This document shows positions 1 to 6,424 of a stretch of DNA of 15,141 nucleotides, one piece after another. Under the pieces are notes generated by a model. That model had not been told where the DNA came from, did no database searches, and saw nothing but the letters and a program-made list of their open reading frames with translations. The position numbers were made by a program, and so were the translations under genes. The stretch comes from Armatimonadota bacterium (lineage in GTDB: Bacteria; Armatimonadota; Armatimonadia; Armatimonadales; Armatimonadaceae): positions 1-15,141 of the forward strand of contig JAYUUO010000076.1 of assembly GCA_043754515.1 (NCBI GenBank). Direction: 5' to 3'. Position 1 is the first letter of the stretch; each line of letters opens with the position of its first letter.

Positions 1-248
1 GCGAGCGATCGCCACGCCTCGCGCCAAACATCGGCGCGGACCCACTCCTGGAAATACCGATGGCACGTCTGGTACGAGACCCCGTATTTGTGTTTGTCGA
101 TGTCTTGCCATCGCGCGCCTGATTCCATCACCCAAGTAATGACGGCAAAAACTTGTTTCGTATCGGCGCGTTTACGTCCCACCGGCCTTTGTTCGTAGTG
201 GGGCAACAATTTAAGGAGGTAATCACGCTGTTCTATAGTCAGTGTCAT
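1..248 (-). CDS. IS5-family transposase, N-terminal part (DUF4096-type domain); runs off the left edge of the window
   Basis: Manual translation from ATG at 248: MTLTIEQRDYLLKLLPHYEQRPVGRKRADTKQVFAVITWVMESGARWQDIDKHKYGVSYQTCHRYFQEWVRADVWREAWRSL, open to position 1. GRxRxD...V...I.WV..SG.RW.D....YG.S..TCHR.F..W...VW is the typical IS5 N-terminal pattern. Not in the ORF track because it is truncated. Confidence 0.88.
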   Translation of the reverse strand, partial: MTLTIEQRDYLLKLLPHYEQRPVGRKRADTKQVFAVITWVMESGARWQDIDKHKYGVSYQTCHRYFQEWVRADVWREAWRSL

Positions 249-299
249 ATCAAGGATATACTAGCAACAAATATCAGTTGCAGGTTTTAAGACTACTTC
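1..299 (-). mobile_element. Left end of an IS5-family insertion sequence; terminal IR tentatively at ~284-299
   Basis: Transposase start at 248. The minus strand reads GAAGTAGTCTTAAAACC about 50 nt upstream, resembling IS5-type termini. The partner IR lies outside the window, so the boundary is unverified. Confidence 0.55.
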
Positions 300-396
300 A
301 TTCTTTCCTGACCATTTTGTTCGTCCCGATACTGCCCGAAAGTTGAAGAAATAATGTTGGGATTGTTCAAAAAGATGTGGCAGAATTTACTCACCT

Positions 397-886
397 ATGA
401 TGTTCCTATCATCAGTTGGTTCTCTGTGCGGGCTCCGCTCTGCACATGCTCAGTCGGGCAATGTCAGCTGGGATGATACGGTTGTGTCGCGTACCGTTCG
501 GCTGCCTTACAGTTTCTGCTCGGCTAGTGCTGTATTACCGTTATGCCTTCAGCAACTGGCTGTTTGATGTCCCTAGCTATGCGGGTGAGTACCTGCGAAT
601 TCGTGAGACATTCCCGTCCGGGAGTTTAGGCATCGTTGGGTCCGGCTCGCTCCTTTTTAAGCCGCAAGAGGGCGTCCAACGCCCAATAGTTCCTCTGTCG
701 CTTGCGATGACGAAGCCAGCAGCGAGTGGTGATGTAGCTCTTCTGGCCCCGCAGACCCTCGGTGACGTGATAAAGTCGCTTCCGGTGGAAAGCCGGTCAG
801 GCGGCTTGTCGCTCTTCCGGTTAGAACGCCTGCGCTACCTGAAAGCGTCGCGGCCCTGTTCGCCACTTCCGGGTCGCCCCCGTTAA
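397..886 (+). pseudogene. Possible frameshifted remnant of a hypothetical exported protein
   Basis: ORF 397-567 (MMFLSSVGSLCGLRSAHAQ..., signal-peptide-like AHA|Q) overlaps ORF 416-886 in another frame. Composition is atypical and no domain is recognised. Confidence 0.2.
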
Positions 887-917
887 TACTCTGGGGTTTG
901 CCCCGGCAGAGACTCAT
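885..917. repeat. Palindromic motif copy A (AATAC-GGGG-TTTG-CCCC), degenerate relative of copies B and C
   Basis: aatactctggggtttgccccggcagagactcat versus aatacctcggggcttgccccgaagattttcgttca at 3882-3916. Confidence 0.45.
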
Positions 918-962
918 CGAAGGAACAACAAATGCCTCCCGTCGCGTAATTCGCTTCTACCA

Positions 963-997
963 CCTCCGGCGGAGGGGGACATTTTTCGGGGTACAAT
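963..997 (+). promoter_or_regulatory. Putative pafA promoter: -10 TACAAT (992-997), with palindrome CCTCCG-G-CGGAGG (963-975) over the -35 position
   Basis: Motifs read directly from the sequence; no canonical -35 hexamer. Confidence 0.35.
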
Positions 998-1091
998 GCC
1001 TCCTAAGACTTTGGCGCGAACCGCATCGGTGCGGGGGGGCGTGGGTAAAGCGACGGGATACGTTCGCTTTTAGAACACACGGGAATCATTT

Positions 1092-2567
1092 ATGGAGCGA
1101 CGCATATTCGGGATCGAGACGGAGTTCGGCTGCCTGGTGCGTGACGACCGGGCGGGCACCCCGGAGCGGGTGGTCGAGGAAGTCAAAAACCACTGCTTCT
1201 ATCAGAAGAAATGGGGACTGATTGACCTGCACGCCCGCGACTACTCGTTCGAGCCGGCGCGCTCGGGCGGCTTTCTGGTCAACGGCGGGCGGCTGTATAT
1301 TGACGCGGTGGGCGACCACGAGGAGTACGCGACGCCGGAGTGTACCGACATCTTCGACGCCGTGCGCTACAACAAGGCGGGCCAGTGGATCGTGCAAAGC
1401 CTGCTCAACGATCTGGGCCTCGCCGACGTCGCCTCATTCCACAACAACAGCGTGGACCACTACGGCGGACATACGTTCGGTTGCCACGAGAACTACCTGG
1501 TCGAAATGCAGGACGAAGACTTCTTCCGCGCCTCGTTCAACTACCTGCTCCCGTTTCTGGTCACGCGGCAGATCTTCGCGGGCGTCGGGCGGGTGGGGGG
1601 GCACCGCCTCAACTTTTCCAGCATGAAGAACTCTGTGATGACCATTTCGGATTACGACGTGGACTACCAATGGGTGAGCAACTTCTATGGCGTCGAGATT
1701 GACCCATCCGTTGATTTCCAGTTATCACAACGCGCGGATCACATCGTCAAAACCATCTCCAGCCGGGTGCGCTTCAACCGGGCGATCATCAACCCCAAGT
1801 GGGACTCGTACTACAACTTCTCGAACCTGCACCGCCTACACATCCTGTATGGGGAGGGGAACATGAGCGAGTACGCGACCGCGCTGAAGATCGGCACCAC
1901 GTCGTGCGCCCTGTCGCTCGTCGAGGATGGACTGCTGGGTGGGGAGGTGGAAATCCGCGACCCGCTGGAAACGCTCCGGGCGGTGTCGCGCGACCCGTCG
2001 TATAAGTGGCTGGTGAAGCGCAAGTCGGGGGGGACCATCTCGGCGGTTGATCTGCAACGTATCTACCTGGAGGCGAGCAAGAAGCGGCTCGGCGGATTCG
2101 ATGCGCAGACGGAATGGGTGCTACGCGAATGGGAGTTCACGTTGGACGCCCTGGAGCGCGACCCGATGTCGCTGTCGTCCAAACTCGACTGGGTGGCGAA
2201 GCGCAAGATGTACCAGGAGTATATTGACTCGGAGGGGGCGTCGTGGCAGGACGAAGTGATGCAGTCGCTAGACATCGAGTACCACAACGTCAACCCGGCG
2301 CAGAGCCTGTTCTCCGCGCTGGAGGAGAGCGGCGAGATGGAGCGGCTGATTTCGCCCGCCGAGATCGCCACCGCCGCCGTGGTCGCGCCGCAGAACACCC
2401 GCGCCAAGGCCCGCGCCGCGATCATCTCGAAGTTGATCAGCACCCGCTCGCGCGACTACGTGATTGACTGGGACCTGGTGTATCTGGCGAAGAATCGGCA
2501 CCTGGACCTGAAGAACCCGTTCGACACCTACGACGCGGAAGCGGACTCGTTCGCGAAAGCAATCTAG
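1092..2567 (+). CDS. pafA: Pup-protein ligase / proteasome accessory factor (PafA/Dop family, PafA-like)
   Basis: N-terminus MERRIFGIETEFG and motifs FLVNGGRLYID, HEEYATPEC, GCHENYL, LSQRADHI, RLHILYG..NMSE, KIGTT, LDWVAK, DIEYH, PQNTRA..R and IDWD match the Pup ligase family. Length 491 aa; strong GC3 bias. Confidence 0.88.
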   Translation: MERRIFGIETEFGCLVRDDRAGTPERVVEEVKNHCFYQKKWGLIDLHARDYSFEPARSGGFLVNGGRLYIDAVGDHEEYATPECTDIFDAVRYNKAGQWIVQSLLNDLGLADVASFHNNSVDHYGGHTFGCHENYLVEMQDEDFFRASFNYLLPFLVTRQIFAGVGRVGGHRLNFSSMKNSVMTISDYDVDYQWVSNFYGVEIDPSVDFQLSQRADHIVKTISSRVRFNRAIINPKWDSYYNFSNLHRLHILYGEGNMSEYATALKIGTTSCALSLVEDGLLGGEVEIRDPLETLRAVSRDPSYKWLVKRKSGGTISAVDLQRIYLEASKKRLGGFDAQTEWVLREWEFTLDALERDPMSLSSKLDWVAKRKMYQEYIDSEGASWQDEVMQSLDIEYHNVNPAQSLFSALEESGEMERLISPAEIATAAVVAPQNTRAKARAAIISKLISTRSRDYVIDWDLVYLAKNRHLDLKNPFDTYDAEADSFAKAI

Positions 2568-2588
2568 TCCTTTTGGACCGCCACCACG

Positions 2589-2624
2589 GCCCCGCGCCTG
2601 TTTCTACCGGCGCGGGGTTTTTTT
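2589..2624 (+). terminator. Rho-independent terminator of pafA
   Basis: Perfect 9-bp stem CCCCGCGCC (2590-2598) / GGCGCGGGG (2609-2617) followed by T7 (2618-2624); overlaps the last codons of the convergent gene. Confidence 0.8.
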
Positions 2625-3467
2625 CGTCGGTTCGTCCTCAAGCGGCATCGCGCCGGGCATGACGGAGGAGTTGGTGCTGGGGTCGGTGACAGCCGTGGTG
2701 GCGACGGGGCGAGAACGGTCCGTCATCGCGAGCGGATCGTCGTCGGGCGGGTTGAGCTTGCCGGTGAGCAACAGCGCGAAGATCCAGACTGTCGGGACGC
2801 CCATGACAAGCATCAACCCGAGAGCGAGTTGCGCATTATCAACGATTGGCGGCTTCCTATTTTCCAGAAGTACCCACCCCTTCTCATGGAATCCGGAGCC
2901 ATCCGGCATACCGCCGTGAAACGTCTCCAATTTACGGGGCACGAGGGTGCCAGTGAACGGGGCGGGTATCACCAACTCCGCGCGGTTTCGCGTGAGCCAC
3001 GCCGTCGCCGTGGCCCCAGCAATCTTGCGCGAACCCGGAGTTCCCAACTCCCGCATCTGTCGGAATGACTCCTTGCGCTGTTTGTCAATGCTGCGTATCA
3101 CGATGAAGAAGTCGCCCTCGCCGGACGCTTCTGCCTCGCCGGACGCTCCGGTCCGCCCGACGTGGCTGGAAGGGAGCAACGGGATATACAGCATGAAGGG
3201 GCCACTGTCGTAGCGCGCTCCGACGTCGGCTACCTTATCCTGTACCACTACGGCGCGAGCGAGGTACGCGTCGCCGTCGGTGATTGAGACCCACTCGCCC
3301 ACCTTTTTCGGCGGGTCGAGCACCAACTCGTCGAGCGTCACCGGTCGCGGCTTGCGGGTGGCTCTCTCGGCGTCAACGGCACTCTTACCGCCCCAAAACA
3401 TCCAGCCTCCGTACACGAATATTAGCGCGGAGAGACAAATCAGCGGCAGTCGGAAGCGGTCGAGCAT
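2604..3467 (-). CDS. Hypothetical membrane protein (N-terminal and C-proximal TM helices flanking a soluble domain, low-complexity tail)
   Basis: 287-aa ORF with hydrophobic stretches LPLICLSALIFVYGGWMFW and LALGLMLVMGVPTVWIFALLL; no recognised domain. Confidence 0.7.
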   Translation of the reverse strand: MLDRFRLPLICLSALIFVYGGWMFWGGKSAVDAERATRKPRPVTLDELVLDPPKKVGEWVSITDGDAYLARAVVVQDKVADVGARYDSGPFMLYIPLLPSSHVGRTGASGEAEASGEGDFFIVIRSIDKQRKESFRQMRELGTPGSRKIAGATATAWLTRNRAELVIPAPFTGTLVPRKLETFHGGMPDGSGFHEKGWVLLENRKPPIVDNAQLALGLMLVMGVPTVWIFALLLTGKLNPPDDDPLAMTDRSRPVATTAVTDPSTNSSVMPGAMPLEDEPTKKTPRR

Positions 3468-3549
3468 GGTTGAGAACCGATCGGATGGGGGCGATACGCA
3501 CGGCTAGTAGTTCGACGCGAGACGCGCCCAATCCTTCCTTACCGACCGA

Positions 3550-3720
3550 TACGAGAACGCGATCTCGAACCGGCCGTTCGCCTGCCGCACGAGGTACAAG
3601 CCCGCCGCCTCGTAAGTGCGCCGCGCCGCGACATTAGTGAACTCGCAGTTGACTAGTCCTTCGCAGCACGGGCGACAGGGTTGCCCGGCGGCGATTACGT
3701 GCGCGCGGTTCCCGGACGCG
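3550..3720 (-). pseudogene. Degenerate duplicate of the 3' part of the GNAT gene (5499-5996)
   Basis: 3550-3656 equals 5500-5606 with 6 mismatches in 107 nt. CGGCGGCGATTAC is also shared (3686-3698 vs 5633-5645). The stop codon is changed from TAA to TAT, and no start codon occurs in frame downstream of the TGA at 3756-3758. Confidence 0.85.
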
Positions 3721-3786
3721 CCGGCGACCTGTAGCTCCGCGCGGAAAGCGGCGGATCACTTCATCCGCTGAAAGCGCGACGGGTTC

Positions 3787-3916
3787 GATACCCCGGTGCT
3801 TGCACCGTTCCTGGTTTAGGCGTCTATGCCGCTTTCAGGCGACATAGTCTTGACAGGGGACTATCGGGTCACCGTCCGGCAAATACCTCGGGGCTTGCCC
3901 CGAAGATTTTCGTTCA
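3787..3916. repeat. Pair of same-orientation palindromes (copies B and C); possible miniature IS200/IS605-type remnant
   Basis: ATACCC-CGGTG-CTTG-CACCG (3788-3807) and ATACCT-CGGGG-CTTG-CCCCG (3883-3902): 17/20 identical, with one compensatory base-pair change. Confidence 0.55.
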
Positions 3917-3922
3917 CCTCAA

Positions 3923-3976
3923 ATGTTTCATGAAAACACAATGTTTTTCATGAACGAGTGCCGTCCGTCATGATGA
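3923..3976. promoter_or_regulatory. Array of three TCATGA palindromes at exact 20-bp spacing (candidate operator array)
   Basis: TCATGA at 3928, 3948 and 3968; the first two sit in ATGTTT(TT)CATGAA. Confidence 0.5.
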
Positions 3977-4090
3977 CTACTGCTCCGTGTGTGTAGTAGC
4001 ATTTTGCCGCAACGAAACTACTCTACTGAATCTTCACCGTTATCTGTGGTCCCTTTTCCTTTGCAATAGTAGCCACTTGGGCTTCCCTCA

Positions 4091-4150
4091 ATGAAAAACT
4101 ATGAAATTAATTGGAAAAAACTATGAAAATAGTTGCCATTTTCCATGAAA
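4091..4150 (+). promoter_or_regulatory. ATGAAA direct-repeat array abutting the -35 of the GH5 promoter
   Basis: ATGAAA at 4091, 4101, 4123 and 4145 (last three 22 bp apart); AAAAACTATGAAA occurs twice. Confidence 0.5.
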
Positions 4151-4154
4151 ATAC

Positions 4155-4183
4155 TTTGCAAAACAGGGTGTACTCGGTATAAT
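4155..4183 (+). promoter_or_regulatory. Sigma70-type promoter of the GH5 gene
   Basis: TTGCAA (4156-4161), 16-nt spacer, TATAAT (4178-4183), with an AT-rich upstream tract. Confidence 0.65.
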
Positions 4184-4333
4184 CATCATGTCGTGTATCG
4201 CCAAGGAAGGTGGGTAAAGACGCAAAGCGAAGTCGAATTCGCGGCTACGACTCTTCACTACGGCACACCCCGGCGAACTACTCGATGATTACCGGAGCGG
4301 AATGTCCCGCCCCGACCGGAAGGAACCCTAATC

Positions 4334-5452
4334 ATGGTCAGATCAAACTCAACGGTGACAACAACACCGTCGCGCGGTCGCGCTTTTCTTCTTTGCTTCG
4401 CGTTGTGCCTCGGAGTCGCCGCGACATCCGGCACCGCCCACGCGCAAGCCAAGCAACTCTACGTGCGCGGTCAGTTGCAGCACATCAACGGCGTCAACCT
4501 GCCGTGGATGAAGAACAGTGGCTCCGACTACAGCCACGACATCGGTCCGAACCACTATAACGGTTACGGGTACAACTATGTCGGCAGCGACGTAGACGCT
4601 TACTATGCCGACATCAAGAATATGCACGCCAACGTCGTCCGTGTCTGGCTCTTCGAGGACATGCAGGGGCTGACCTTCGACGGCAACGGCTACATATCGG
4701 GGATTGACCCGACGTTCCTGAATAACCTTTCCGATATGGTTCAGCGCGCTAACAACCACGGGCTGGCACTGGAGTTGACTCTGCTCAATTCCAACGTCGG
4801 CGCGCAGGTCGGTCACTATCCCCACGACGGCGGGGGGGCTATCCGAAATGTTCTGACGGACAGCAGCGCACAGAGTGCGTATCTCAATAACGTAGTGAAG
4901 GTGCTGGCAAGAAGGTTTAACGGCAATTACGGCGTTTACGGCTACGACCTGATGAACGAGGCGAACTACGCCGTGTCGGGCGGTACCTGCTCGTGGGCAC
5001 AGATGCACTCCTTCGTCTATAATGCCGCCGGAGCCATACACAGCGTCAACGGAGGTACACAAGTCACTTGCAGCACAGACGACGCGAATAGCCTGGTGAA
5101 CGGCAACTTCTACAATCGTTTCGGGGGGACGGGACTCAACTACTACGACTACCACAGCTACACGGATACTCCGAACCTGTTCAGTCTGGGAGGCGGCACT
5201 CCTTATTCCTCGATAGACCGCCCCATCGTCCTCGCCGAATACGGACCGCGTACCACGGGAAACGTGAGCATACAAAACTCCGTAACGGACAGTTTCATCA
5301 ATCAGGCGTCCTATAAAAGCTGGGCGGGGTCGCTGATATGGGATTACGACGCGACGGGGCAAGACAACCTTGGCATCGTTTATGGGATCGGGAACTGGCA
5401 CTCGTGCTGCTGGACGTTCCAGTATTACTCGACGCACGTCTTCGGTTTGTAA
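4334..5452 (+). CDS. Secreted glycoside hydrolase family 5 (cellulase/mannanase-like) catalytic domain
   Basis: Signal peptide ending AHA|Q; NGVNLPW, VVRVWLF, DLMNE (acid/base Glu), YYDYHSY, IVLAEYG (nucleophile Glu) and LIW; AAGGA RBS at 4320-4324. Confidence 0.85.
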   Translation: MVRSNSTVTTTPSRGRAFLLCFALCLGVAATSGTAHAQAKQLYVRGQLQHINGVNLPWMKNSGSDYSHDIGPNHYNGYGYNYVGSDVDAYYADIKNMHANVVRVWLFEDMQGLTFDGNGYISGIDPTFLNNLSDMVQRANNHGLALELTLLNSNVGAQVGHYPHDGGGAIRNVLTDSSAQSAYLNNVVKVLARRFNGNYGVYGYDLMNEANYAVSGGTCSWAQMHSFVYNAAGAIHSVNGGTQVTCSTDDANSLVNGNFYNRFGGTGLNYYDYHSYTDTPNLFSLGGGTPYSSIDRPIVLAEYGPRTTGNVSIQNSVTDSFINQASYKSWAGSLIWDYDATGQDNLGIVYGIGNWHSCCWTFQYYSTHVFGL

Positions 5453-5458
5453 TACCCT

Positions 5459-5496
5459 CGCTTTCCGCCAGCGGCGCATGCCGCTGGCGGAAAGCG
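5459..5496. terminator. Perfect 17-bp hairpin between convergent GH5 and GNAT genes (bidirectional terminator/stabiliser or REP-like element)
   Basis: CGCTTTCCGCCAGCGGC-GCAT-GCCGCTGGCGGAAAGCG; no clear U-tract. Confidence 0.6.
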
Positions 5497-5498
5497 CG

Positions 5499-5996
5499 TT
5501 ACGAGAACGCGATCTCGAACCGGTCGTTCGCCTGCCGCACGAGGTACAAGCCCGCCGCCTCGTAGGTACGCCGCGCCGCGACGTTGGTGAACTCGCAGTT
5601 GACCAGAATGTAGGACGGACGCTCCGCGCGCGCGGCGGCGATTACCTCTCGCAGCAACTGGTTCGCGACGCCCTTGCGGCGGTGTTCGGGTAGCACGATC
5701 AGGTGGTCGAGGTGGAAGCGTCGGCGGCGGGTGCCGTGCGCGAGGCGAACGCGATCCGAGACAACGGCGACGGCGAGGCCCGCCACAGTGCCGCCGGGTA
5801 GCACCGCCATCCACGCCCGGTGCGTGTCGGTATCGCAAACGGCTTCCCATAGCTCCCGGTTCAGGGCGAACCCTTCGCCGAGCTGGGCTTGGAACAGGAG
5901 GTTCGCGGCGTCATAGTCGGACGCGAACGCGGGCCGGATGGAAACGCTGATCGCGGCGGGGGAGTCGCGCGTGGAGGATTCGAGAGCGGCGGACAT
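5499..5996 (-). CDS. GNAT-family N-acetyltransferase
   Basis: Motif A LIVLPEHRRKGVAN and motif B NVAARRTYEAAG; 165 aa; AAGGAG upstream (6012-6017, minus strand). Confidence 0.9.
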   Translation of the reverse strand: MSAALESSTRDSPAAISVSIRPAFASDYDAANLLFQAQLGEGFALNRELWEAVCDTDTHRAWMAVLPGGTVAGLAVAVVSDRVRLAHGTRRRRFHLDHLIVLPEHRRKGVANQLLREVIAAARAERPSYILVNCEFTNVAARRTYEAAGLYLVRQANDRFEIAFS

Positions 5997-6047
5997 AGTT
6001 AGGTTGATCGGCTCCTTGACAGCATCATTGCCTGGTCGTGTGCGGGA

Positions 6048-6056
6048 AGTATACCA
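6048..6056 (-). promoter_or_regulatory. Extended -10 promoter (TGGTATACT) for the GNAT gene
   Basis: Minus-strand TG-G-TATACT about 50 nt upstream of the start codon. Confidence 0.45.
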
Positions 6057-6075
6057 CGCGCCGCGGTACCTCGCC

Positions 6076-6105
6076 TTGACTTACGGGGCGTTCGCGTGCT
6101 ATAAT
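6076..6105 (+). promoter_or_regulatory. Near-consensus sigma70 promoter giving a nearly leaderless mRNA
   Basis: TTGACT (6076-6081), 18-nt spacer, TG-C-TATAAT (-10 at 6100-6105); ATG only 10 nt downstream; no Shine-Dalgarno. Confidence 0.75.
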
Positions 6106-6115
6106 TCACGCCGAC

Positions 6116-6424
6116 ATGACCACCCTCCGCAGGCGATACACTACCGTAGACGGCAAGACTGATTGGGTCGTTTCCGCCACCTACGACGAGACGAAACTCG
6201 ACACGATGCACTGGTTCGAGGCGCGGATCAAAGCCGTCAACGAGCCGGACGGCAAAGAGTACCCGTTCCCGCCCGAGATCGCCCTGTACCGGATCGGTGA
6301 GATCGAGCACACGTTCCGCCAGTACGTCGCCATAGACTTCGCGGGGGATCGGGAAGCCGCCATAAGCCACTTCATGAACACGATCTACCGCCGCGTCTAT
6401 TCGTACATCGAGCGCGGGCACTAG
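6116..6424 (+). CDS. Hypothetical protein, 102 aa
   Basis: Strong GC3 codon bias, globular composition and a dedicated promoter; no recognised family. Confidence 0.8.
   Translation: MTTLRRRYTTVDGKTDWVVSATYDETKLDTMHWFEARIKAVNEPDGKEYPFPPEIALYRIGEIEHTFRQYVAIDFAGDREAAISHFMNTIYRRVYSYIERGH

Noticed and set aside
898..1091. Search for a small Pup/UBact gene directly upstream of pafA
   Set aside because: No short acidic ORF ending in GGE/GGQ or GE/GQ was found; the 898-1221 ORF is out of frame with pafA, overlaps it and looks spurious.
3725..3806. tRNA-like look: TAGCTC, stem GCGGA/TCCGC and GGGTTCGATACCC
   Set aside because: The acceptor stem does not pair, the anticodon loop is 8 nt, the T-stem has only 3 clean pairs and there is no CCA. 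The 3' part is better explained by the ATACCC-hairpin repeat. tRNAscan-SE or ARAGORN would settle it.
3838..3856. GGCGACATAGTCTTGACAG resembling the GNAT start region, which would extend the pseudogene to full length
   Set aside because: Needs a 15-nt gap and gives only two ~8-nt matches; not distinguishable from chance.
3923..4150. Possible CRISPR array or replication-origin iterons
   Set aside because: Repeat cores are only 6-13 nt with no 30-40 nt unique spacers, and no cas or rep gene is present.
4349..5479. 376-aa antisense ORF over the GH5 gene
   Set aside because: Shadow ORF caused by codon bias of the sense gene; Val/Arg-rich with no motifs.
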